Under the pieces are notes generated by a model that did no database searches, was not told the origin of the DNA, and was given only the letters and a program-made list of their open reading frames with translations. Source: Promethearchaeota archaeon Loki_b32 (GTDB lineage: Archaea; Asgardarchaeota; Lokiarchaeia; Sigyniarchaeales; SOKP01). Taken from it: a DNA stretch of 33,892 bases. Each line of letters opens with the position of its first letter. Positions within the stretch are counted from its first letter, which is position 1. The stretch is from contig NJBH01000038.1 in assembly GCA_005223125.1 (NCBI GenBank), positions 1-33,892 of the forward strand, given 5' to 3'. Both the position numbers and the translations under genes were made by a program. This document shows, piece by piece, positions 19,565 through 28,400 of the stretch.

Positions 19565-20692
19565 TTGGCTAGATTAAAAATGAAATACTCTCATAAAACT
19601 ACTCATAGTTTTACTTCACCTATAGAATTTTGGAGATCAATTGAAAACTTATTTTTATCTTTTCCGTTTCGGAAAGATGGTAATATTTTTAAATCTCGAG
19701 ATGAATTAATAAAATATTATGAGATGAAAACACAAGAGGTTTTCGATATAGATGATGAGGGCCTGGATATTTATGGAAATAACTTTCGAAAAGAATTTTT
19801 TAAAAAATGGAATCGCGATATACTTTTAAGTGACATTCCAAAATCTAAGAAAAAGTTAATTTCTCCAGGGAATATTATCATAAAGACCAATCATTTAGGT
19901 AAAATAATTAAATTTTTATCAACAAATGTTTCTAATTCAGAGACAGTATTTAAATTCCAACATTTTATTGAAAGTATGTATCAATATCTTAGAGATATTT
20001 ATGAATTAGATCCAGATAATGATATAATAAGAAGTTATGGGTTGAGCAATAAAAATGCCTTTAATTATGAGCAAAACAAAGAAAGATTATTTGGATCTAA
20101 ATATTATGGTGGCCTATTAAAAACGGAAGAATTTAAAGACTACTTTAATTCTGCTTGTAGAAAATATACGGTCCCTTTTGTAATGTTTATACAAAAAAGG
20201 GAATGTTATGTTATTCATACTACGGATATTTTTGTTGAAAAAATAATACAAAATATTCCATTGTTTTTGAATCAATGGGATTTAAAACAAGCTAATAATT
20301 ATTTTATAAAAGCTTATAATGAGAGAGATAAAGGAAATTATCCCGAATCTCTAAATAATATTCGGAAGGGAATGGAAGAAATTAGAAATTATATTTTTAG
20401 TCGTTATTCAATAAAGCCAACAATATCATTAGGAAATGATTTAAGAAATTTATTCGAAAAGTACTGTAAAAAAGTGTTTGATTTCTCTAAGATACCTGAA
20501 AGTGATATTAATAAAGTAGACAATATTGTTTCTAAATTAAAAGAAAGTGTATCATTAGTGGTTAAAATTACTAATATTGGTTCTCACTCATCTTCAGTTC
20601 CAAGTTTAATCGAAGAAAATACTTCATTATTTTTATTAGGATTAGTTGCATCCATATTTCCATATATTTTTTACTTATTGAAATCAGATTAA
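19565..20692 (+). CDS. Hypothetical protein with Abi/HEPN-like helical C-terminal domain
   Basis: KAYNERDKGNYPESLNNIRKGMEE...ITNIGSH...LFLLGLVASI resembles abortive-infection C-terminal (HEPN-fold) domains. The RxxxxH-type motif appears as TNIGSH. Confidence 0.55.
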   Translation: MARLKMKYSHKTTHSFTSPIEFWRSIENLFLSFPFRKDGNIFKSRDELIKYYEMKTQEVFDIDDEGLDIYGNNFRKEFFKKWNRDILLSDIPKSKKKLISPGNIIIKTNHLGKIIKFLSTNVSNSETVFKFQHFIESMYQYLRDIYELDPDNDIIRSYGLSNKNAFNYEQNKERLFGSKYYGGLLKTEEFKDYFNSACRKYTVPFVMFIQKRECYVIHTTDIFVEKIIQNIPLFLNQWDLKQANNYFIKAYNERDKGNYPESLNNIRKGMEEIRNYIFSRYSIKPTISLGNDLRNLFEKYCKKVFDFSKIPESDINKVDNIVSKLKESVSLVVKITNIGSHSSSVPSLIEENTSLFLLGLVASIFPYIFYLLKSD

Positions 20693-20794
20693 CAAAAAAT
20701 ATAGAGGGCAAATGCCATCTGCACACTAATTTTGTCGGTATGATAAGAATGAATAATATTAAAATATTAAAAAAGACATAAATGAGGAATAAAA

Positions 20795-21013
20795 ATGATT
20801 TTTCAAGAGACTATTTCTAAAGAGACTATTTTTACAATTTCATGGCTAAGTGTAATTATTATAATAGTCATTATTTATGTAATAGCAATAGCTTTAGCTG
20901 TATGGGTTTACAACGATGCTAAGAAAAGAGATATGAATGCTGCAGTGTGGTTATTAATTGTGTTATTAACTAGCTTTATCGGATGTATTATATATTTGAT
21001 AGTTAGAGAATAG
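20795..21013 (+). CDS. Small two-TM protein (PLDc N-terminal-like)
   Basis: WVYNDAKKRDM..AVWLLIVLL..IGCIIYLIVR pattern. GAGG RBS. Confidence 0.85.
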   Translation: MIFQETISKETIFTISWLSVIIIIVIIYVIAIALAVWVYNDAKKRDMNAAVWLLIVLLTSFIGCIIYLIVRE

Positions 21014-21060
21014 AATCATTTGAAGTAAAGTAGATTTAAATTTTTTGTCGGTTAGGATCA

Positions 21061-21147
21061 TTTGATTCTCTCTTTTTTCCCTTTTTCTACAAAAATTAGT
21101 TAAAATTGATTATTTTCGACATTGAAATAAAGATTTAAATTTTGTCG
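21061..21147 (+). repeat. ~90-bp intergenic direct repeat, copy 2
   Basis: Aligns with 18869-18957. Identical core at 21081-21110. Confidence 0.9.
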
Positions 21148-21241
21148 GTAAGATTATTATATAGAAGAGTTTATAGAAAGATCTATAAGAATAATATTTT
21201 AGCTGAATTACTGAATGCACTCAAAACAAAAGGTGTAAGAA

Positions 21242-21769
21242 ATAAGCAAGGAATTAATCTTAAAAATTTGTCTTTTTGGAGATAGAAATGTTGGAAAAAC
21301 TTCATTAACCCAAGCAGGTATTCAAAAAAAGGAAGTAAAGCCACCTGTATGCATAGATCTTGCGATTAAAAATTTAACAATAAAATCTTCTAAAATAATA
21401 CTTCAAATTTGGAATCTTAGAAGTGACCCTCAGTTTCAATTTATTTTCCCCATTTTTATGAGGGGCGTATCAGGAGGTATTTTTATGTATGATATCACTA
21501 ATTATTCCAGTTTAAGGAATATAGAAGATTGGTTAACATTATTCAAAGACAATTTATCTAATGATAAAAAGAAAATTCCTCTATTAATGGTTGGTGGAAA
21601 GTTAGACCTCCATAAAGAAAGAGTAATATCCAGAAAATACGCTAAGAAAATCTCAAAAAAATATAAAATCGTTAAATACTTCGAATGTTCCTCTAAAACT
21701 GGAGAAAATGTTGATAAGATTTTTGAATTTTTAACGAGATCAATACTGAAAGTTGAAAGTTATTCTTAG
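21242..21769 (+). CDS. Rab-like small GTPase (Ras superfamily), divergent G2/G3
   Basis: The frame is open from ATA21242 (AGGTG at 21231-21235): LKICLFGDRNVGKTSL (G1), LQIWNLRSD (G3 position), YDITN, VGGKLDL (G4), ECSSKTGENV (G5). The track ORF 21458-21769 is only its C-terminal part. Confidence 0.88.
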   Translation: MSKELILKICLFGDRNVGKTSLTQAGIQKKEVKPPVCIDLAIKNLTIKSSKIILQIWNLRSDPQFQFIFPIFMRGVSGGIFMYDITNYSSLRNIEDWLTLFKDNLSNDKKKIPLLMVGGKLDLHKERVISRKYAKKISKKYKIVKYFECSSKTGENVDKIFEFLTRSILKVESYS

Positions 21770-22028
21770 TTATTGTAAATGTTTAAACAGTATTAATACC
21801 TACTAATTCGAATTAGATCCTATTTTTCCTTTTTCATAATTTTGACTTTCGTATAATATTACAAAGATACAAAGGGTTTTTCGTACCACGTTAACAGGAT
21901 TTCGTGATACGGTATTTTGGGTGAATTTGATTTATTTTGAAGTTTTTAAATTCTCTTTTTAAGATAATTTTATAGGCATTTCTTAACAATTGTATTGAAG
22001 TCATGAATAAATAAGAATATAAATTAAG

Positions 22029-23072
22029 TTGAAATACTATTTAATTATGACAAAAATGGAAGAAAAATCCATAAATGAAGAAAGAAATGATGAAGTAGAG
22101 AAAAATCAATTTTTTAAGTCTTTTGATGAAATTTTTGAAACTTTTTTTAAAATTCTTGATTTTAATGAACTAGATGTAAATCGCTTCTTAAGTTTTAAAG
22201 ATTCTAAAAGTAAATATGGGTTTTATATAATGATCAGGATACTAACAATTATACTAGAGTATTCTCTTCCAATGTTTCCAATAATTATTGGTATAGTTTA
22301 TCCTTCATTGTTCGGAAATTCGGGTTTAACTACACTTATCATAAGTGTTATTATAATTTTTCCTGTAAGTATTAGTATCTTTTTTATACGAAAATTTTTT
22401 GACAAAAAATATGATTATAGTATGGCAATTTTTCGTAAAGAGAAGAAGAAAATGAATAAATATTGTAAGCAATTAAATTTAATAATACATAATCGGTATG
22501 TAATAGAAGAGTTAGGTGAAAAAAATTACACTAATAATTATAAAAATAAAATTAAAAGAATTAATAACAGAGTAGACTATTTTTCTCAGTTATTTAAACC
22601 TTTGAATCATTATATTATTCAATTTGGATTAATTTCTATGAATCTTCCATTGGTACGAGTGAGTGGTGGAGAACCAACTATTTTTAAAGAACATTTACTC
22701 ACCTTATTAGTATTAATTCCAGAACGTATTACTTTCATTCTCGAAACTAATGGTATTTTACTTGATAAAGAATATGTTAAAGAATTGAGTAAATTCGAAA
22801 ATATATATGTTAGAGTTTCTTTAAAAGGCGTTGATGAGGAGACATTTGAAAAAATTACAGGAGCAGAGGGTAAATTCTTTCTAAATCAATTACATACCTT
22901 AGAACTTCTTAAAAAATATGGAATTAGGCATAGAACGGCAATTCTTTATGATCTATTTACAGATAGTCAAATCCGAAATTTAGACATTCCAAATATAGAA
23001 TATGAGACTCTAATAAGATACCCTTTTGTTCTAAATAATTTAAATAAAAGAGGAATTAGCATCATAAGATAA
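22029..23072 (+). CDS. Chimeric ORF: two-TM membrane protein N-terminus fused to the C-terminal half of a radical SAM protein
   Basis: VRVSGGEPT, FILETNGILL, VRVSLKG and FEKITG begin at ~22645. No CxxxCxxC upstream, where the sequence is an unrelated TM/coiled region. Confidence 0.7.
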   Translation: MKYYLIMTKMEEKSINEERNDEVEKNQFFKSFDEIFETFFKILDFNELDVNRFLSFKDSKSKYGFYIMIRILTIILEYSLPMFPIIIGIVYPSLFGNSGLTTLIISVIIIFPVSISIFFIRKFFDKKYDYSMAIFRKEKKKMNKYCKQLNLIIHNRYVIEELGEKNYTNNYKNKIKRINNRVDYFSQLFKPLNHYIIQFGLISMNLPLVRVSGGEPTIFKEHLLTLLVLIPERITFILETNGILLDKEYVKELSKFENIYVRVSLKGVDEETFEKITGAEGKFFLNQLHTLELLKKYGIRHRTAILYDLFTDSQIRNLDIPNIEYETLIRYPFVLNNLNKRGISIIR

Positions 23073-23094
23073 TTTTAGTATTTTGAATACACCT

Positions 23095-23653
23095 ATTGGA
23101 AAATCAATATTTCCAATAATCTCTCATCTTTTAGCATATTGAAAGATTCCCATAGCTATCCACCTATTTAAATCTTTACAAATTGAAAATTCTGTAATCC
23201 CACACTGTTTTTTACACGATGTTTTTATTATGGTTCTTAAGTACTAATGCATAATATGGTTAAGGTCTTATTTTATGGGTTAGATATGGTGAATTTGAAC
23301 CCATGTGATCCGCAATCAAATCTATCCCATATTTAATGGCGTTATAAAGGTAGAATAATCCTTAACATTGATACAATCTTAGAATACATTGAAATATCTG
23401 ATGATGAAAATTAAGGGATTTTTTTATCCTTAAATAAATCAGATTTTTCAACTTCTTGAATCAAGTATGGAAACCCGCTAAAAGATTCAGTCAAGTAAGT
23501 CATTACTTTATGATAGTTCATTTTTTTATGTAAGCTCCCATTTTCTAAAAGGGTAAAAATATATGATACAAAATTAGTTTGTAAGGTATTAAACTTAGTT
23601 TTAAATTGTCCTATAATTCTAAAGATTATCGCTTCCTCTAAGAATCCATTCAT
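23095..23653 (-). pseudogene. Degraded hypothetical gene
   Basis: The 80-aa ORF 23411-23653 is followed by protein-like, stop-interrupted frames (e.g. NAIKYGIDLIADHMGSNSPYLTHKIRP*...DLNRWIAMESFNMLKDERLLEILIFQ*). Confidence 0.4.
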
Positions 23654-23733
23654 CTCTTTTGGAAATTCATAAGATTATAGATGATAGAGAATCATAAATT
23701 AAAGATATAATTATTGTGGAAAATCTATGCATA

Positions 23734-24270
23734 TTATCTGTGGAGATAACAATATTTAGAGTGATGTCGTACTTTATTTTGACATCTAGTTCCGTCAATC
23801 TTAATATGTCTACACAATGGTGCATTTCTTTTTAGTTCAGTTAGATACAAAAATAGACCAACCTCTTTTGATATAATATTATTATATTCAATTATTAGGT
23901 CTTTTCCCTTTTGATAAATGATGTCCGTGGATATTCCTCTATCTTCAGAAATCTTTTCAATATTATCTTCATTTATCATTGCTTTAATGTCAATTCCAGG
24001 TTTCTCAACGAGATTATCATTCTCATACTTAACAGTCTCAATTTTACAATATTTCACTCCATTTTCACTACTTTTAAGCTCTACGTCATTTTTATTGATC
24101 TCATGAAGGATGACATCTTGAACAAATTCAATAGTATCCATCTTCCATCCCAAAAAGAATTTTGGGGGAATTCTCAGTCTTTTCTTCAATAAAAAATTCC
24201 AAATCCTACTTAGTATATGGCGAATAAAATTTAATCTATCTCGTTTTATTTTCTCACTTATTCTAGTCAT
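23734..24270 (-). CDS. Hypothetical protein with C-terminal C3H zinc finger
   Basis: CRHIKIDGTRCQNKVRHHSKYCYLH at the C-terminus. Confidence 0.75.
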   Translation of the reverse strand: MTRISEKIKRDRLNFIRHILSRIWNFLLKKRLRIPPKFFLGWKMDTIEFVQDVILHEINKNDVELKSSENGVKYCKIETVKYENDNLVEKPGIDIKAMINEDNIEKISEDRGISTDIIYQKGKDLIIEYNNIISKEVGLFLYLTELKRNAPLCRHIKIDGTRCQNKVRHHSKYCYLHR

Positions 24271-24427
24271 CTCAGGTATTGTAATAACTTAATAGAACTA
24301 AAGGGAGATGAGAGCCCTAAATTTTCGTTAACTTAGAAGTTAAGCTTATTGAAAAAGAATTCTTGATTTTTCCTTCTTTATTAGAAAACTATTTTTGTTC
24401 TAAACTCATTATTACCATAGAAATTTT

Positions 24428-24676
24428 TTATTTTATGTATTTAGTTAAGAATTCTCTAACTTTCTTTAGTAAGATATCTCGAGCTTCTAGATTGTTATAC
24501 TCTTCAGTATTTAACATTTGCTCTTGTTTCGCTATTTGTTGTAATCCTAACTTTGAAAACACATAGAATGTATTATTATAGAACCTATTAGAATCTGCTG
24601 CGGTTCTAATTTCATCAAAGATTTGTTGAACAAATTCCATTCGAGCTTGTTTTACCTCATTACTTAATGCGGTCAT
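24428..24676 (-). CDS. Small helical hypothetical protein
   Basis: GGTGA RBS. N-terminus resembles that of the downstream gene. Confidence 0.75.
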   Translation of the reverse strand: MTALSNEVKQARMEFVQQIFDEIRTAADSNRFYNNTFYVFSKLGLQQIAKQEQMLNTEEYNNLEARDILLKKVREFLTKYIK

Positions 24677-25125
24677 AATTATATTCTATACGTATTTCAC
24701 CAATATTAAAGGATAAGAGAGTGAAAAAAATGAAATTTTGTAAAAATTCCAATATCTGGGTATTATAATATTGTGTACCTCTATATATAATACATGGTAC
24801 CAACATCAGAAATTCATACTAAGCAACTATCTCAATTTGGCAATTTCTTTTTATTCAATAATTTTTTATATATCTTTGAAACTACTAGGAAATGTTGCAA
24901 AAACTAGTCTATATTTCAATTATTAAAAAATGGAGAAATAATATAATAGAAAATCCAATAGGCTCCTTAAATTTTAAATATATTTTTTTATTAGTAAATT
25001 AGATTAAAAAATAAGAACTTTAGAAACAAGTGAAGATTTCTATAATAAAGGCATAATATGTGAAATTAATATAAATATTTTAAATTATTTTTATTATAAA
25101 AAACATTTTTTAAGAAGATAAGGTA

Positions 25126-26229
25126 ATGTGTCTCAGCTTAAGCGATGATTTGATAAAAATTCAGCATAAAACAGATGAATTCAAATATGAATTTTTAAGA
25201 AAGTATATTCCTCTGTGGAATTCCATCATATGTGGAAAGAGTAGAAGATATAGAGCAATAGTCGAATCTCATGCAGGAACAGGTTATGTTACTCTTGGAA
25301 ATGAAAAAAAACATGGTTCAAGTCTAATTTTTCTAGAAAAAACGGCTTTAAAGCAAGAAGCGATGGATTTTCATTTTATTGAAATAAATCATAATAATTT
25401 TCGAGAACTTTCATCAAGTATAGACAAAATTATAAAAAAAGGGTTCTATTTTGCTGGGGATACAAAAGGAAAAGATCTTATTGGAGAAATAAAAAATGGC
25501 ATTCCTATTGCTAAAGAAGTTCCAAAATACCCCCCCACCACGAGATTTCCTGATAAAGAACATATTTTTTTATACAATGAAAATTGTGTTAAAGCAATAA
25601 AAAAAGTCTTAAAAAAAGTCGAGGGTAGACCAACTTTTTTTTTTATTGATCCCTGTGGTAAATTGGAATGGGAGCTTATTGAATTCATTATTATGAATAG
25701 ATTACTTGATGAGAATGAAAAGGTTAGATTAGATGAACAAGGAGAATTCTTTCAAGGAACAGAGTTATTTATCAATTTTTCTTGGGAAGCGATATCAAGA
25801 AATAAATCAGTAAAATTTGATGAAGAAAGGAGAAATATATTTTTTCAAGGAATGTATGGAATGAATTTAAATGAAATAAACATTGAATTGGATAATATTG
25901 AAAAGAAATTCAAATCAGAACAAAAAAGATATTATGAATTTCAGCTCTACTTAGAGATCTTTATGAATAAACTAAGAAGATGCTTTAAATTTGTATCTAA
26001 ACTTGATGTACTAGGTATAAAATCAATTAAAAATCCTGTCTATTGCTTAATTTTCTGTACAAATAATAACTCTGCAAAAAATTTATTCTTAAGTATTGAA
26101 GCGGTATTAAATAAGAAGAAAAAGGGCTATCTTGCTATGAAAAAAGTTGTAACAAATAAAAAAGAATTTACAATGGAAAAGTATAAAGAAATAATTGAAG
26201 GACACAGACTTTTAGATGATTTTCTATAA
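25126..26229 (+). CDS. tcmP: Three-Cys-motif partner protein TcmP-like (SAM-dependent methyltransferase fold)
   Basis: K..FLRKYIPLW, IVESHAGTG, HGSS, FHFIE, FFFIDPCG, ELFINF, YCLIFCT motif order. Confidence 0.8.
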   Translation: MCLSLSDDLIKIQHKTDEFKYEFLRKYIPLWNSIICGKSRRYRAIVESHAGTGYVTLGNEKKHGSSLIFLEKTALKQEAMDFHFIEINHNNFRELSSSIDKIIKKGFYFAGDTKGKDLIGEIKNGIPIAKEVPKYPPTTRFPDKEHIFLYNENCVKAIKKVLKKVEGRPTFFFIDPCGKLEWELIEFIIMNRLLDENEKVRLDEQGEFFQGTELFINFSWEAISRNKSVKFDEERRNIFFQGMYGMNLNEINIELDNIEKKFKSEQKRYYEFQLYLEIFMNKLRRCFKFVSKLDVLGIKSIKNPVYCLIFCTNNNSAKNLFLSIEAVLNKKKKGYLAMKKVVTNKKEFTMEKYKEIIEGHRLLDDFL

Positions 26230-26235
26230 AAAAAT

Positions 26236-27009
26236 TTAAGAATATAAATAATTATAAACACTATCTTTTATTCTCAAGAAAGAATTAAAATAATCCAAGG
26301 ATTTGTTGAGGATTTTAGTTAAATTCTCTTTAGCTATAATTCCTCTAATAGCATTATAAAAATCCCTATTTTCTTCTTGAATATTAGTGGATTTTATATA
26401 ATTCATTTTGCCAATCCAAATGGATTCAGTTACATAAGGTTTTAACCTTTCAACTAGAACATAAGGATCTTTATCTAAGAATGGCTCAATTGATATACTA
26501 GTTTTAAATCCTTTTTTATAAGCATATTTAAGTGTTTCAAATCGTTCTTCAAAGGAAGGTGCATCTGGCTCCCAAAATTTAAGTCTGTCATTATTATAAG
26601 AAGTAATAGTAAATCGAAATTGAATTAATTCTTTTTTATCTCTAAATCTTTCGCAAATCGTTTTAATACATGCTAATACGGGTTTAGATGTAATTAAAAT
26701 CTCGTTTCCCGCATTAACCAATTTTTCTAGGACAATTAAGCAAGTATTTAGAGTCTCTTCTGTGATATCATGAGAAGTTGGAAACATCACTCTTCCTTTT
26801 CTCTTTCCATATTGTCTCTTAATATTTTTTAAATTAGGCTCCATAATTTTCCATGTCACTTTGGTCTTACGTTTAAATCGAATCGCCATTTTTTTGGCAT
26901 AGCAATAGCGGCAATTATTTGAACATCCATAATATAGATTTATATTACTATCTGCCCATTCTTTTGTACCTTGTGTAATTTTATGAGATTTAACTTTTAG
27001 AGATTTCAT
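26236..27009 (-). CDS. Radical SAM protein (SPL/DUF5131-related)
   Basis: EWADSNINLYYGCSNNCRYCYA (CxxxCxxC), PTSHD, LITSK, WEPDAPSFEERF, SISIEP, WIGKMN. Confidence 0.85.
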   Translation of the reverse strand: MKSLKVKSHKITQGTKEWADSNINLYYGCSNNCRYCYAKKMAIRFKRKTKVTWKIMEPNLKNIKRQYGKRKGRVMFPTSHDITEETLNTCLIVLEKLVNAGNEILITSKPVLACIKTICERFRDKKELIQFRFTITSYNNDRLKFWEPDAPSFEERFETLKYAYKKGFKTSISIEPFLDKDPYVLVERLKPYVTESIWIGKMNYIKSTNIQEENRDFYNAIRGIIAKENLTKILNKSLDYFNSFLRIKDSVYNYLYS

Positions 27010-27354
27010 AAATATCTTTCAAGTTAGTATATTTAAATAAAAAATAAGTAAGTATTCAAGTTTTTCGTTATGCCTTATAATTCTTATTTTCCTTAAATTC
27101 AATAATAGATGTATTATATAGATTATACTCAATTACATCTTGAATGAAATACGAATTAGTCTCACAAAATCGGTATTATGGAAAAAATATTTTGAATATT
27201 CAAAAATTGACAAGATATCCCTACACCCCATTATTAAAATAGTAAATGAGTATAAAAAAAAATAAAAGAATAATATTTTTTAATTTGTCGTATATTCTTT
27301 ATTAAAATTTTTAATATTTATCAAAAGATATAAAGAAAAAAGGAAAGAAATAAT

Positions 27355-27678
27355 ATGAGTGAAAAAATGAGAAAGAAATATAAACACCATGAAAATGGAA
27401 ATGTGAGAATCGAAATAGAGACACCTGATAAGGGAGGATATTTTTTTGTAAATCATCAAAATTGTCCTGAGAAAGAAAAATCTCGTATGGGACTTGTATT
27501 TACATATATAGATGGTCAATTTCATCAAGGAAAGTACACTGAAGGAGCAAGATTAATTTTAGTTTACCAATGTGCTAATTGTGGTGAACAACAAGTTATA
27601 AAAACCATACTCAGGAATGATATTATTGAAATCGAAGAGGAAATCCTGAATATCAAAACAAGGGAATGGAAAAAGTAA
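27355..27678 (+). CDS. Hypothetical protein, possible zinc ribbon
   Basis: HQNC...YQCANCG pattern. Confidence 0.7.
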   Translation: MSEKMRKKYKHHENGNVRIEIETPDKGGYFFVNHQNCPEKEKSRMGLVFTYIDGQFHQGKYTEGARLILVYQCANCGEQQVIKTILRNDIIEIEEEILNIKTREWKK

Positions 27679-27751
27679 TAGGAATCCATATTTTATTTGA
27701 TTTAAGGGGTCCCCTTGGAATTAATTCCATTAATAAACTTATATTAGAAAA

Positions 27752-27997
27752 GTGTTAAATCTCAGGGAGATTGAAGGAGATAGCGATGAACAAAGGATTA
27801 ACATTTTTCTTGATCAGTACAATAAGATCAATCAGATTTATAGAGAGATCCTAAAAACAAATTTATTAGAGACAGCCATTAAAAAGTTAGGTAAAAAAAG
27901 AGACATCTCGAGAATATCTCCAGTAAAAACAATAGATTTTCTATTTTGGAGTGCTGGAAAACTGATCAATAAAAATAAGAGTAAAAGTTCATTATAG
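27752..27997 (+). CDS. Hypothetical protein, probably a C-terminal fragment
   Basis: Protein-like ISPVKTIDFLFWSAG tail, with no clear RBS. Confidence 0.45.
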   Translation: MLNLREIEGDSDEQRINIFLDQYNKINQIYREILKTNLLETAIKKLGKKRDISRISPVKTIDFLFWSAGKLINKNKSKSSL

Positions 27998-28094
27998 ATA
28001 TAAATCTTAATAAGTATAAGATCTCAAAGCGGCTTTATAGAAAGAATCAATAAGAAAAAATAAATAGAAATTAGAAGGGTGAATTATAATTAAT

Positions 28095-28292
28095 ATGGAA
28101 CCAAAAAAAGTAAATGATATTACAACTAAACTAACTACTAAAATATTGGAATTTATAACAGGACAGGGTTATGAGATTGCCCCCGTTGGGAGTACTAGAA
28201 CTTCAAGTCAATGGAAAATGGGTCAATTTAGAGCCCAAACGAAGGAATTGGGGTTTATTATTACTATTAAACCTGTAGAACCTAGATTATAA
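28095..28292 (+). CDS. Small hypothetical protein
   Basis: GGGTGA RBS then ATG. 65 aa alpha/beta-like. Confidence 0.65.
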   Translation: MEPKKVNDITTKLTTKILEFITGQGYEIAPVGSTRTSSQWKMGQFRAQTKELGFIITIKPVEPRL

Positions 28293-28400
28293 GATATAAA
28301 ACTAGTTAAAACGTACTTAAGAGTGTTAGAAGTGCAATAAATATACTGATTACTTTTGAATAACCTCCAATCTTAACTTTAGGTGCATCTTTTAAATGAT

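Noticed and set aside
18700-21150. Integron attC array
   Set aside because: No convincing RYYYAAC...GTTRRRY paired boxes with an internal hairpin, and no IntI. The repeats are reported separately as a non-attC motif.
23288-23302. tRNA T-loop-like GGGTTCAAAT on minus strand (possible att site)
   Set aside because: The flanks do not form a T-stem or acceptor stem, and it lies within a decayed coding frame (HMGSNSP).
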